From NCBI GenBank assembly GCA_030647775.1, contig JAUSJC010000004.1:1-61779 (forward strand): 61,779 bases of DNA, written 5' to 3'. Under the pieces are notes generated by a model. The model made no database searches. It was not told the DNA's origin and was given only the letters and a program-made list of their open reading frames with translations. This document shows, piece after piece, positions 45,735 through 55,717 of the stretch (positions are counted from its first letter, which is position 1; each line of letters opens with the position of its first letter). Source of the DNA: Candidatus Curtissbacteria bacterium (GTDB lineage: Bacteria > Patescibacteriota > Microgenomatia > Curtissbacterales > GWA2-41-24). A program made the position numbers and the translations under genes.

Positions 45735-45787
45735 ATATCAGAGGAGCGCCACGTTCAGTTCACATGAATGAGGCGACCTGCTGATAT
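45735..45787. repeat. Family E element, copy 3
   Basis: atatcagaggagcgcc acgttcagttcacatgaatga ggcgacctgctgatat. Confidence 0.7.
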
Positions 45788-45844
45788 TTTAATGGGTTTG
45801 TTTTTTACATAAACGTTAAGTTTTCATGAGCAAAACGAATCTAA

Positions 45845-46513
45845 ATGCAAAAAAAGATCTCAAAAGTTAAAATTTCGGGCCAGAAACTAAAAGACATCTG
45901 GGCGCAAGTTCCGCCTGATTATTACGACCGCGGTAATCTGCTTCAAAAACTTTGGCATAACCACAAGCTAAACCAAGTCATAAAACTCCTGCCAAAACAA
46001 AAAGGCAATCACCGACTTAAAGTTCTCGATATCGGTTGCAACAGTGCACTTTTAACCAATGAAGTCTCCAAAGTGTTAAAAAAAGGCAAAATCACCGGCC
46101 TGGATAGCTACAAAGGCGCGATTGATTTCGCCCGCTCAAAATATCCCCATATTAACTTCGTCGTCGCCGATGCCCACAAATTACCTTTCAATAAAAATAG
46201 CCTTGATCTTGTTATCTGTACCGAGACACTGGAACACGTCGTCGACCCCAAAAAAGCTTTGGAGGAAATGGTCCGAATTCTTAAAAAAGATGCCCGCGCC
46301 ATTATTTCTATGGATTCCGGAAGCCCCCTCTTCCATATTATCTGGCACGTTTGGACCAAAGGCCACGGCAAAGTTTGGCAAAATGCCCATCTCCACGAGT
46401 TTAACGCCAAACTCTTGGAACAGTTAATTCGTGATTCCGGTTTCAAAATCCAAAAGAAAATTAAATCCCACCTGGGAATGGCCATTACCTTCCTGGTTGT
46501 TCCCAAAAAATAG
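45845..46513 (+). CDS. Class I SAM-dependent methyltransferase
   Basis: VLDIGCNSA motif I, LDLVICTETLEHV, LKKDARAI. Confidence 0.8.
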   Translation: MQKKISKVKISGQKLKDIWAQVPPDYYDRGNLLQKLWHNHKLNQVIKLLPKQKGNHRLKVLDIGCNSALLTNEVSKVLKKGKITGLDSYKGAIDFARSKYPHINFVVADAHKLPFNKNSLDLVICTETLEHVVDPKKALEEMVRILKKDARAIISMDSGSPLFHIIWHVWTKGHGKVWQNAHLHEFNAKLLEQLIRDSGFKIQKKIKSHLGMAITFLVVPKK

Positions 46514-46514
46514 A

Positions 46515-47174
46515 TTAGGCAGCGATATCAAGCATCGATTGCCGCCTAAGCCCCCTCGAATTCAAAATTGTTACCAGTCGCCCGCGGTATCCAATAAGAC
46601 CGCTCTTCTCCAGCTTCTTCATCTCAATGCTGGCCGTTTCCCTCGTCAAACCAACCAAAGAAGCAATGTCGCTATGCGTTAAAGGCACCTCGATAGTTAC
46701 TTTCCCGCCTTCCCGCCTGCCAAAACGTTCGGCACAAATTAAAAGTATTGAGGCTACTTTATTGTTAGCGTTGCCAAAAACTAAATACTCCATTCGCCGC
46801 ATCAGTCCCAAAAGTCGCACAAGCATCCTCCGGGTTAAATCCATCAAGATTTCTGGTTTGTCTCTTACAAATTCTAGAAATTGATCTCTGGGCACCCGCC
46901 AAAGCTCCGCAACGGTCATAGCCTCAACAAAATAACTAACTGGTTCGTCACCAATGGCCCATGACACCGGAAAAATATCTCCAGGCTTAAAAATAATCAA
47001 GGTTAATTCCTCCCCGTTTTTAGAGAAAGAGTAAACTCTCACATAACCGCTTTTGAGATAAAAAATACCGAGCGGCGGATCTCCGGCTCTCAAAATTATT
47101 TCCCCGCGTTTGAAGTTACGGGCTTTGTATCTGCCGAAAAAAGAATCGATTTTGTGAAGTAATGGATCCTTCAC
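46515..47174 (-). CDS. Crp/Fnr family transcriptional regulator
   Basis: cNMP-binding beta roll (GEIILRAGDPP...FYLKSGYVRVY) and C-terminal HTH (SDIASLVGLTRETASIEMKKL). Confidence 0.85.
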   Translation of the reverse strand: MKDPLLHKIDSFFGRYKARNFKRGEIILRAGDPPLGIFYLKSGYVRVYSFSKNGEELTLIIFKPGDIFPVSWAIGDEPVSYFVEAMTVAELWRVPRDQFLEFVRDKPEILMDLTRRMLVRLLGLMRRMEYLVFGNANNKVASILLICAERFGRREGGKVTIEVPLTHSDIASLVGLTRETASIEMKKLEKSGLIGYRGRLVTILNSRGLRRQSMLDIAA

Positions 47175-47570
47175 GGCGCCATTGTACCATAGCCGCAGTA
47201 ATCTATCTCACAAAAAATTAGTAATCTTTCTAACTGAACCGGTTGTTATACCCGGAATACTTCACTTTTAGATTTATCGAAAATAAGCTCTCTTATTTGC
47301 ATCTATCAAAAAGTATTTTGGGTACATAATCGGTTAACGAGAGTTGCCCGCTCGCATCGATACGCGAAGCGTTTCGGGCGGACAAACTCGAGTTAAACGA
47401 GTATATTTAGCGTATTATAGTTAGCCCGGATATTTCCAACCGGCCAAAACTTGTAACAAATCTTGCAAATTGAAAGTAATGTTTTTAACTGAAAAATTCT
47501 TAAAGACGGAATAGAATTACATCAAAGATTGCCTCCATCTTGCAAAAGTAAGCTATAAAGGAGGTGAAAA

Positions 47571-48020
47571 ATGAAATATCTGGCACAAAGTGATATCTGG
47601 AAACTCGAGCAGGCTATCGGTAATAACCAGACAATAAAAACCCGCGTCAAATCGCGGGAACTGGCACGTTTCAGGCAATTGTTCCCCCTGACAGTCTTTC
47701 CCGACAAAATTGTCATCGAGGAACACCGGGTCATCTGGATCCAAAACAATGGCCCTTGGATGGATCAGGTCATAACGATTATGGCCACCGATATCGCTTG
47801 CGTTAACGCAGCAACCGGCCCGCTTTTCGGACAGGTTCATGTTAAAAGCCTGACAGGAGGACCGGAAATATTTGTGGATAGGCTCTTAAAACACGATGTC
47901 TATAAAATCCGTGGCCTTATAGAAGGCATAGTTCTGGGATCCCGCGGTGGTTTAGAAATAGACGATGAATGCCTGGAAATTGAAAGAGAGGCTCTCCTGA
48001 CGGCCGGTGAAGTCAACTGA
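47571..48020 (+). CDS. Hypothetical protein
   Basis: 149 aa, strong SD AAAGGAGGTG, preceded by a 396-nt intergenic region. Confidence 0.5.
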   Translation: MKYLAQSDIWKLEQAIGNNQTIKTRVKSRELARFRQLFPLTVFPDKIVIEEHRVIWIQNNGPWMDQVITIMATDIACVNAATGPLFGQVHVKSLTGGPEIFVDRLLKHDVYKIRGLIEGIVLGSRGGLEIDDECLEIEREALLTAGEVN

Positions 48021-48070
48021 CCTGTCAAAAATTGACTTTCAAACGCACTACCCTTTGGTGCGGACGCCAG

Positions 48071-49990
48071 TTAAGGATTTAATACTTGGCGAACCTTTTT
48101 AGCAATTCCGCTTTTGGAAATGCCCTCATAGTCTAAAAGCTCGTTCCCCTTCCCGGACATCGGCATTTTCAAAACAGCCAATTTGAAGATTTTAACTTTA
48201 TCGTCAGTTGCAAAAATCTCCAAGACCGCATCGCCAAGCCCGCCTTGAGGGTAATGGTCTTCAACCGTAATCAACAAATTACCAGTCTCCTTTACCGCCT
48301 TCCCAATACCATCCGCGTCAATTGGCTTAATACTGTAAGCGTCAATCACGCGAATATTAATTCCTTCACCATGGAGCTCTTCCGCTGCTTTGATGGCCTC
48401 CAAAAGCGTCACTCCGCAGGAAACTACAGTCAGCTTATCTGATTTTGTCGACCTGACAACTTTACTGCCGCCGATTTTAAATTCCTCGCTGTTTTTGTAA
48501 ATTACTGGCGTTGCCGGCCGGTTTGTCCTGATATAAATAATCCCTTCAGTATTTGCCGCCTCTTGCACTAATCTCACGCAGGCATTTGCATCGCCCGGAC
48601 AAAGAACAATACTTCCAAACACACTTCTAAACATGGCAATATCCTCAAGCCCCATCTGGGAGGGGCCGTCTTCACCGATCGAAACCCCGGCATGAGAACC
48701 GACAAACTTGATGTTGCCGCGCGAATAGGCACTCATCCTGATTTGGTCAAACGCCCGTGTCCAAAAAGTCGCAAAAGTCGAAGCAAATGGAATTTTCCCT
48801 CTCTTTGACAAACCCAAAGCCGCTCCGGCCATATTTTGTTCGGCAATAAACATTTCGAAAAACCTTTCGGGATGTCTTTCTTTAAAAATCTCCGCAAATG
48901 TCGAGTTCTTTACTTCTCCATCTAAAACAACAATGTCTTGATTTATGTCACCCAAAGCAGCAATCGCCTCTCCATACGCCTTCCTCGTCGCCACCTCTTC
49001 ACCAATCTTGTAAATTGGAGCGCGAGTGCGGGTGGCAGCGAGGGGGGCACCCATTGACGAAAGAATTTCCGTCTCGGGAACTGACTGAGGAGATGGGCTA
49101 CCCGAGCTGACAGGACCCGTTTTGCCGGCAGGACCCACAACACTGCTGACAGGACCCGCAATTTTCCCTCGAATTTTAAAATCAATCTCCCCCAATTCTT
49201 CTACCGCTTTCTCAAAATCTTCCTTCGAAAGCGCCTTCCCATGCCATCCTTCTTTGTTTTCCAAAAACGAAACACCTTTCCCCTTAATTGTCTTGGCAAT
49301 GATTACTTGAGGTTTTTCCGATTTGCCATCAACCTTTGCAAAAACCGCAGCTATCTGGTCTAAATCATGTCCGTCAATAACATGCGCTTCCCACGAGAAT
49401 GCTTCAAATCTTTTGGCGTATTTGTCTGTATCCCACCCAAGCATTGTCTCTCCACTTTGCCCAAGCCGGTTCACGTCGACAATTGCCACCAAATTCGAAA
49501 GTTTGTAATAAGAAGCAATCTCCGCCGCTTCCCAAACTGAACCCTCGGCTGTCTCCGAATCTCCCATCAAAACGTAAGTTAGGTAGTCCAACTTATCCAA
49601 ATACTTCCCATTTATAGCCATCCCAACTCCAATCGAAAGTCCTTGCCCAAGCGATCCCGTTGCCGCCTCGGCGTATTTAAATCTGGAGGTCGGATGTCCC
49701 TCCAGCCCACTTCCAAACTTTCGATAAGTCTTAAGCTCATCCGCCGATATTGCTCCCGCTACCGCCCACAGCGCGTAAAAAAGCGGTGAAGCATGGCCTT
49801 TGGAAAAAATTACTCTATCATTATTAGAATTTTGGGGATTTTCCAAATCGAATCTCATTTTCCCAAAAAAAAGGGCAACCATAATATCCGTTGCCGAAAG
49901 TGAAGAGGTCGGATGCCCACTCCCAGCATCCGTTGTCATTTTTAAAATATTAAACCGGACGAGCTTGGCAAGTTTCTCAATATCATTCAC
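48071..49990 (-). CDS. tkt: Transketolase (N- and C-terminal halves joined by a repeat-rich linker)
   Basis: GSGHPTSSLS, GDSETAEGSVWEA (ThDP) in the N half. Pyrimidine-binding and C-terminal domains follow the GPVSS...GPVSS linker. Confidence 0.9.
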   Translation of the reverse strand: MNDIEKLAKLVRFNILKMTTDAGSGHPTSSLSATDIMVALFFGKMRFDLENPQNSNNDRVIFSKGHASPLFYALWAVAGAISADELKTYRKFGSGLEGHPTSRFKYAEAATGSLGQGLSIGVGMAINGKYLDKLDYLTYVLMGDSETAEGSVWEAAEIASYYKLSNLVAIVDVNRLGQSGETMLGWDTDKYAKRFEAFSWEAHVIDGHDLDQIAAVFAKVDGKSEKPQVIIAKTIKGKGVSFLENKEGWHGKALSKEDFEKAVEELGEIDFKIRGKIAGPVSSVVGPAGKTGPVSSGSPSPQSVPETEILSSMGAPLAATRTRAPIYKIGEEVATRKAYGEAIAALGDINQDIVVLDGEVKNSTFAEIFKERHPERFFEMFIAEQNMAGAALGLSKRGKIPFASTFATFWTRAFDQIRMSAYSRGNIKFVGSHAGVSIGEDGPSQMGLEDIAMFRSVFGSIVLCPGDANACVRLVQEAANTEGIIYIRTNRPATPVIYKNSEEFKIGGSKVVRSTKSDKLTVVSCGVTLLEAIKAAEELHGEGINIRVIDAYSIKPIDADGIGKAVKETGNLLITVEDHYPQGGLGDAVLEIFATDDKVKIFKLAVLKMPMSGKGNELLDYEGISKSGIAKKVRQVLNP

Positions 49991-50028
49991 ATCAAATAGA
50001 TTAACGCAGATTCCTTTTTAAAATACAA

Positions 50029-50244
50029 TTAGGCGGCTTTTGCGGGGATTTTATTTTCCAGTTGCTCTCGTCTTGCGCGCACTGCGGCAAATTTTTCGTC
50101 AACTATCTTTTGACATTCGCTGTCCGGACAAACGGTCTCGGTATGAGTTATGATTGATCCGTATTCGAACCTCTCTTTCCACACACGCTTAACTATTCTC
50201 GTCTTTCCGCAGCGGATGCAAACAGTTTCGGCTAAAATTGGCAT
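50029..50244 (-). CDS. Zinc-ribbon protein
   Basis: CIRCGK ... CPDSEC, 71 aa. Confidence 0.45.
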   Translation of the reverse strand: MPILAETVCIRCGKTRIVKRVWKERFEYGSIITHTETVCPDSECQKIVDEKFAAVRARREQLENKIPAKAA

Positions 50245-50274
50245 ATAAGAGAGCTTCTTTTCTCTTTAAGTTAA

Positions 50275-50312
50275 AATTAAAAAAATAAAAGCCGAACCCC
50301 GCAGGTTCAGCT
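50275..50312 (-). terminator. Rho-independent terminator candidate after the ZIP gene
   Basis: Minus strand reads agctgaacc-tgcgg-ggttcggct followed by tttatttttt. Confidence 0.5.
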
Positions 50313-50397
50313 GGAACTAATTATACCCAAAAATGGCTTTTCCGTCAATTCCCGATTTACCTCTTGCTGTAGGCCAAAACGTCTAATCCGCAAGAAG

Positions 50398-51168
50398 TCA
50401 ATGGGGTTCTAAAAGAATTATCGTAACCCAGACTACAACTACGCCAGTTATTAAAAGTAGGCTTTCATAAAAAGCGAAGCCGCGCCTGTTTTCGCTGTGG
50501 ATCTCCGGAATAATATCGGAAGCGGCGATGTAAATAAAAAATCCGGCAGTAACCGCCAAGAAAATGGGCAAAAGACCCTCCACAATATCCCCCACAAAAT
50601 AAATAAGCAGTGCGCCGGCCATCGCAGCCAGAGCGGAAAATATATTAAACAAAATTATTTTTTTCCTTGTCACTCCCCTGTGAAGCATTAACCCAAAGTC
50701 GCCAACCTCTTGAGGGATTTCATGAGTAGCAACAGCTAAAGCCGTAACAATCCCTAGCGGCACACTAACCAAAAAAGCCGCACCCATCGCAATACCATCT
50801 ATAAAGTTATGTACCGTATCCCCGACCATAATTAGTGGGATTGTCGGTTTAGATCCCGCATCCTCGTGCTCATGATGGTGATGAAACCAATGAACAAACC
50901 TCTCTAGAAGAAAGAACGAAAGTATCCCAATAAGAGTCCAGAGAAAAATATCTACACTGTCCCCGGCTACTTCGCTTGCCTCCGGCAAAAGATCAAAAAA
51001 AGCCGTAGCCAAAAGCGCGCCGGCGGCAAATGATGCGATCAAGTGGGAAAATTTAAGAGCAGTTTTTTCGCGAAGCAAAAGAAATATCCCTCCTGTTAAG
51101 GAAACGACACTCCCGATAAAACTGAAGATTAATATGTAGATAAGTGTAGGCACGCTAAAAGCTTTCAT
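50398..51168 (-). CDS. ZIP family metal (zinc) transporter
   Basis: His-rich loop HWFHHHHEHED and HNFIDGIAMG / HEIPQEVGDF motifs. Confidence 0.85.
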   Translation of the reverse strand: MKAFSVPTLIYILIFSFIGSVVSLTGGIFLLLREKTALKFSHLIASFAAGALLATAFFDLLPEASEVAGDSVDIFLWTLIGILSFFLLERFVHWFHHHHEHEDAGSKPTIPLIMVGDTVHNFIDGIAMGAAFLVSVPLGIVTALAVATHEIPQEVGDFGLMLHRGVTRKKIILFNIFSALAAMAGALLIYFVGDIVEGLLPIFLAVTAGFFIYIAASDIIPEIHSENRRGFAFYESLLLITGVVVVWVTIILLEPH

Positions 51169-51231
51169 CGATTATATACCACGACACAACTCCAAGGTAC
51201 TAAAATTCCAATTTGTTGCTAAAATACCCAC

Positions 51232-52314
51232 GTGGACAGGAAAAGGGAAATTGATATCTTAAAAGCCCTGGCGATTGCAGGGGTTATTTTAATTCACGTC
51301 AAAAGCGTCTCCATCGACCTTTATCTCAAAAACTCCAGCCCCTATCTGGCGCTAACTTTTTTAGACCAGGCGATGCGTTTTTCTGTCCCCCTTTTTGTGG
51401 CCCTTTCCGGCTATACCCTTGCTCTAAGTTACAAAAACAAACCCCAAAGTATAAAGGATTTTTACCGACGCCGGATCGTGCGTATCCTTCCTTATTATTT
51501 TCTGGCAACGGCAATAATTTATTTTTATCTGCGGTTTGTTCCACCCTTTTCCCAAATCAAAAACCCTTATCCTCTCTGGGAAATATTATTCCTGGGCCGA
51601 GCCGATTACCACCTCTACTTTATCCCGATGATTCTTTCTCTATATTTTGCCTTTCCCTTCCTTTTTCCTCTTGTTAAAAAATGGCCAAAGGCAACCCTGG
51701 CAATGGCCCTCGCCATCCAATCGGCAATTTTTATTTCAACAGCCTTAGTTTTTAATGGATTAGTCAAATTCCCATTTGCCTGGGGAGACCAGCAACAATA
51801 TCTTGTTGCTCTTACATGGATTTTCTACTTTGTTTTGGGGATAGGTCTTTCCAACATTGACAGGTTTTCGGCCAAAAACCTAAATTTAGCAAAAACTTTT
51901 GGGGTCTTACTGGCAGTTTCTGGTCTGGCGTTAACCATTTTTGAAAGTTTCAGAATTCTGGCGGCACATCAGAATTTAATCGAAGCCACGCGCTTCACCC
52001 GCTTCCCCGTCATGCTTTTTGCAACGGGCGTAATTTTAGTCTCGGTCCTCTTTGCCAAATATCTTTTAAGGATTCCAAAATTTGCAGTCAGATTTCTTGC
52101 AAAAGCCGGCCTGATGTCCTTTTCGATTTATCTCCTGCACACAATCGCCATCCGTATGATTATTTTAAATGTCGACGTTTACCCCATCTCGCACTTTTTA
52201 ATCTTCGCCGCCGCGTCGCTTGCCGCGTCTTTTATTTTAGCCTGGATTTTTGAGGAAATTCTAAAAATTGCTAAGAGTTTTGTACAAGACCTGCTACCCG
52301 ATAAAGCTCATTAA
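51232..52314 (+). CDS. Acyltransferase family 3 membrane protein
   Basis: REIDILKALAIAGVILIHV start, about 10 TM helices, GTG start. Confidence 0.7.
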   Translation: MDRKREIDILKALAIAGVILIHVKSVSIDLYLKNSSPYLALTFLDQAMRFSVPLFVALSGYTLALSYKNKPQSIKDFYRRRIVRILPYYFLATAIIYFYLRFVPPFSQIKNPYPLWEILFLGRADYHLYFIPMILSLYFAFPFLFPLVKKWPKATLAMALAIQSAIFISTALVFNGLVKFPFAWGDQQQYLVALTWIFYFVLGIGLSNIDRFSAKNLNLAKTFGVLLAVSGLALTIFESFRILAAHQNLIEATRFTRFPVMLFATGVILVSVLFAKYLLRIPKFAVRFLAKAGLMSFSIYLLHTIAIRMIILNVDVYPISHFLIFAAASLAASFILAWIFEEILKIAKSFVQDLLPDKAH

Positions 52315-52996
52315 TCTCTCCCGATTCCAAGGCTCTAAACCGACCTGCCACCAAACCATCCAGCTTCAAAGGCCCAAACTCAACCCGTTTCAGGTTTAAA
52401 AGGTGCAAATGGAGCGCTTCACACATCCTCCTAATCTGTCTATTCTTTCCTTCACCAAGTGTAACCATAAGAATAGTTTTATGCTCATCGCGCGACACAA
52501 CATCTACCTTTGCTTTTGCTGTAAAATCGCCGCCCCGAAGCTTCATTCCGCTTCGCATCCTGCCGATTTTGTCATCAGGAACACTCCCCAAAACCACCAC
52601 TTCATAAACTTTAAGCACATGGTATTTAGGATGGGTCATTCTCTGCATCAACTCCCCGTCGTTGGTAAGAAGCATCAAACCCTCCGATTCCATATCTAAT
52701 CTGCCGACCGGGAATAACCTTTCTTTTGATTTGACCAAACTCACCACCGTCCTACGGCCATCGGTATCGGCAACCGTCGAGACAATCCCTTTCGGTTTAT
52801 TCACTGCAAAATAAACCCGGTTCGGAGTACTTCCTACTTCTCTTCCGCCAACCGTAACCTTATCTCGTATTGGATCAATTTTTTCTCCAAGTTTTGCCGC
52901 CCGCCCGCCAACCCTCACCTTACCCTCCTCAATCATCTCGTCGACTTTACGCCTCGACGCCACACCTAAGCTTGCTAAGTATTTATTAATTCGCAT
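52271..52996 (-). CDS. rluB: Pseudouridine synthase (RsuA/RluB family)
   Basis: S4 domain MRINKYLASLGVASRR, catalytic GRLDMESEGL. Confidence 0.85.
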   Translation of the reverse strand: MRINKYLASLGVASRRKVDEMIEEGKVRVGGRAAKLGEKIDPIRDKVTVGGREVGSTPNRVYFAVNKPKGIVSTVADTDGRRTVVSLVKSKERLFPVGRLDMESEGLMLLTNDGELMQRMTHPKYHVLKVYEVVVLGSVPDDKIGRMRSGMKLRGGDFTAKAKVDVVSRDEHKTILMVTLGEGKNRQIRRMCEALHLHLLNLKRVEFGPLKLDGLVAGRFRALESGEINELYRVAGLVQNS

Positions 52997-53088
52997 CGTA
53001 ATTAATAAGCTCTCTTTTTAATGCGCATAATCTACCAATTTCGAGTTTACACGAGAAATAAGCTCTCTTATTGTATTACAATTATTAA

Positions 53089-53736
53089 ATGCCGTCAGCT
53101 AAGAAGTCTCCTTTATTTTTTTTATCGGTAATTTTATTTACGTCTTTCATCCTTTTCTCCTATCTCGTCGCCAAAGAAGTCTTTACAAAAATTGACTTTG
53201 ATACTACTGTCCGCCTTCAAAACCATATATCAGGACGCTTTGATCTCCCTTTTTCCATTCTCACCCTTTTTGGTTCGATGGAAATAACAGGCCTTATTTG
53301 GCTCGCGATCCTAGGCTATAGCGCTCTCAAAAAGCACTTCTTAACATTTTTCGCGCTTTCATTATTTTGGGCCGGTCTCGCACTTGAGGTTTTTGGTAAA
53401 ATTTTTCTCTTTCACCCGGCGCCGCCTTTTTATTTCTACCGCGGGGAAGGGCTCGTTTTCCCTTCAGGCTATATCCATACTAATTACTCTTATCCCTCCG
53501 GGCATATCTACAGAACCGCATTCATCCTCTCCTTTTTAATAACAAGCCTTTATCTTGAAAAAACAACCGTCCGCCGGGCCGTTATGATTCTATCCTTCTC
53601 TGCCTTCTTGGCGGCAATGTTTGTTTCCAGAATTTACTTGGGGGAACATTGGCTTTCGGATACTTTCGGCGGCCTGCTTTTGGGCTCTGCCCTTGGCATC
53701 ATTCCGGCCTTATTTAAACCTTCAAAAAACCGCTAG
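53089..53736 (+). CDS. PAP2 family phosphatase
   Basis: YPSGH and SRIYLGEHWLSD motifs, multiple TM helices. Confidence 0.8.
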   Translation: MPSAKKSPLFFLSVILFTSFILFSYLVAKEVFTKIDFDTTVRLQNHISGRFDLPFSILTLFGSMEITGLIWLAILGYSALKKHFLTFFALSLFWAGLALEVFGKIFLFHPAPPFYFYRGEGLVFPSGYIHTNYSYPSGHIYRTAFILSFLITSLYLEKTTVRRAVMILSFSAFLAAMFVSRIYLGEHWLSDTFGGLLLGSALGIIPALFKPSKNR

Positions 53737-53739
53737 GGT

Positions 53740-54249
53740 CTACTTTTTCTTTACCCCTCGAAGTCTTGACGCAGTGGGGTTTTCCAATTTTTCGACTCTT
53801 CTCAATATCTCCTGCATTAGCTTCTGCTGGTTTTTAAGAAGCAACAAGACCGCCTCGACATCTCTTTCTGCCTTCTTAGCCGTTTCAAAATCATGTTCCG
53901 CCCGAAGCTGGGCATGTTTCCCTTGGATATTTTGGCCAACCATAATAAGAGGCATTAAATGGATTTGGATTAAATTGGAAATAAAAAGCCATAAGACAAA
54001 AGCCGGAAACGGGTCAAACCTCAAATCTGCCGGTGCAAACATGTTCCAAGAGAGCCACAGGAGGGTCCACCCAAAAATAATAAAGAAAAAACCCATCGTG
54101 CCGATTTTTTCCGCCACAAAGATAGCGGTCCTCTCAAGACTGGAGAGCCGTGATCTATGGATTACATTGACGTTTTCCAGTCGGCCGATTTTAGCGTGTA
54201 AGCTCTCAAGAGTTTCCGCTGTCTTTCCCACATTCAAAATATACCACAC
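53740..54249 (-). CDS. DUF1003 domain membrane protein
   Basis: FDPFPAFVLWLFISNLIQIHLMPLIMVGQN signature. The C-terminal tail is encoded by a family C element (53749-53781). Confidence 0.6.
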   Translation of the reverse strand: MWYILNVGKTAETLESLHAKIGRLENVNVIHRSRLSSLERTAIFVAEKIGTMGFFFIIFGWTLLWLSWNMFAPADLRFDPFPAFVLWLFISNLIQIHLMPLIMVGQNIQGKHAQLRAEHDFETAKKAERDVEAVLLLLKNQQKLMQEILRRVEKLENPTASRLRGVKKK

Positions 54250-54327
54250 TTCAAACGGTCACGGAGAGAACCCCTAGCCCCATAGTGTTGACATCCAGCC
54301 TCACTTGTGCTACACTATCGGCCTTAA

Positions 54328-54981
54328 ATGATCTCGAACATCGTGGCTATTATAGCCACATTTTCCCTATTTGGGCATACCATCACCTCACCGATCCCCC
54401 CGTTACAAAAATCGGAGGTTCTTGCCGAACACCAATTCTCGCTTGAAAACAGGTACAATAATCCGTACGTTAACGGCGTTTTTAAAGATAATATCCTCTT
54501 AAACGTTGCCTATTTGGCCGGCGAAATTACCTCTCCTGGCCAAATTAATTGGAGTGACATTGGGAAACCCTTCGAGTATAAATTTACGCTGGAGCCCGGC
54601 AAAACCTTTGCCTATCACGATGACGTTCTGACAAAATATGAGGGTAAAGTTACCAAAACAACGGGTGCCCATTTCAACGCGCAGGAAGGCTTTAAATCCG
54701 ACGGTTACCTAGTAGGTGACGGCGTTTGCCATCTTGCTTCCCTAATTTACTGGGCCGCCAAAGACGCCGGATTGGACGCTGAAGCACTGGTAAACCACAA
54801 TTTTGCCAAAATTAATGAAGTTCCAAAAGAATTCGGTGTTTCTATCTACAGTCTGCCCGGCGCCAAGGAGGCAAACGCCCAGCAAAATCTATACATCACC
54901 AATAATCGCCAAAAACCGGTTAAATTTGTATTTGATTACAAAAACAATAACCTCAAAGTTTCCGTCGTTGAAGAAAGCTAA
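54328..54981 (+). CDS. VanW-like protein
   Basis: LEPGKTFAY...GDGVCHLASLIYWAAKDAGL resembles the VanW core. Confidence 0.5.
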   Translation: MISNIVAIIATFSLFGHTITSPIPPLQKSEVLAEHQFSLENRYNNPYVNGVFKDNILLNVAYLAGEITSPGQINWSDIGKPFEYKFTLEPGKTFAYHDDVLTKYEGKVTKTTGAHFNAQEGFKSDGYLVGDGVCHLASLIYWAAKDAGLDAEALVNHNFAKINEVPKEFGVSIYSLPGAKEANAQQNLYITNNRQKPVKFVFDYKNNNLKVSVVEES

Positions 54982-55026
54982 ACTCGACCGCAAATTTATA
55001 CTTTTTGATAGAATAAAAAGATATCC

Positions 55027-55593
55027 ATGGGAAAAGCAACACTTGCCGGCGGGCCTGCCCGCCTCGCTACTGCAACACTTGCCGGCGGGTGCTTCTGGTG
55101 CACAGAAGCTATTTTCAAACACCTCAAGGGTGTTATCACTGTCGACCCCGGCTATAGCGGCGGCAATCCGCCAGCTGGCGGAAAAAACCCCACGTACGGA
55201 CAAATCTGCTCCGGCACAACCGGCCACGCCGAAGCGATCCTGATTAAATTTGACCCCAAAATTATCTCTTATGAGAAACTTCTTGAAGTCTTTTTCAAAC
55301 TCCACGACTCCACCACTCTAAACCGACAAGGCAATAACGTCGGCACGGAGTATCGGTCCGCCATCTTCTATCACACCGAAGAACAAAAGAAGATCGCCGA
55401 GGAGCAGAAGGCAAAAACCCAAGGATCAGTTACCCAAATAGTCCCCTTCACCAATTTCTACCCTGCCGAGAATTATCACAAAAATTACTATGACCAAAAC
55501 CGCCAGCTACCATACTGCCAACTGGTCATCGACCCCAAAATCCAAAAACTCTCTAAACTTTTTCCGAAAAGTTTACGTGAATCCGAAGGATAA
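55027..55593 (+). CDS. msrA: Peptide-methionine (S)-S-oxide reductase MsrA
   Basis: GGCFWCTEA active site, GHAEAI, YHKNYY. The N-terminus is duplicated by an 18-nt direct repeat. Confidence 0.9.
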   Translation: MGKATLAGGPARLATATLAGGCFWCTEAIFKHLKGVITVDPGYSGGNPPAGGKNPTYGQICSGTTGHAEAILIKFDPKIISYEKLLEVFFKLHDSTTLNRQGNNVGTEYRSAIFYHTEEQKKIAEEQKAKTQGSVTQIVPFTNFYPAENYHKNYYDQNRQLPYCQLVIDPKIQKLSKLFPKSLRESEG

Positions 55594-55717
55594 ACTCAGG
55601 GAATTTCCAAACTTTCCCCAAAAGTTTTCGTGAGCCGAAAGGTGAACTAAGAAGAAGTAAAAGGTAGATAAATTTACCAAATCATGTGCTACAATCTAGC
55701 TAGGCACAGCCCACTAA

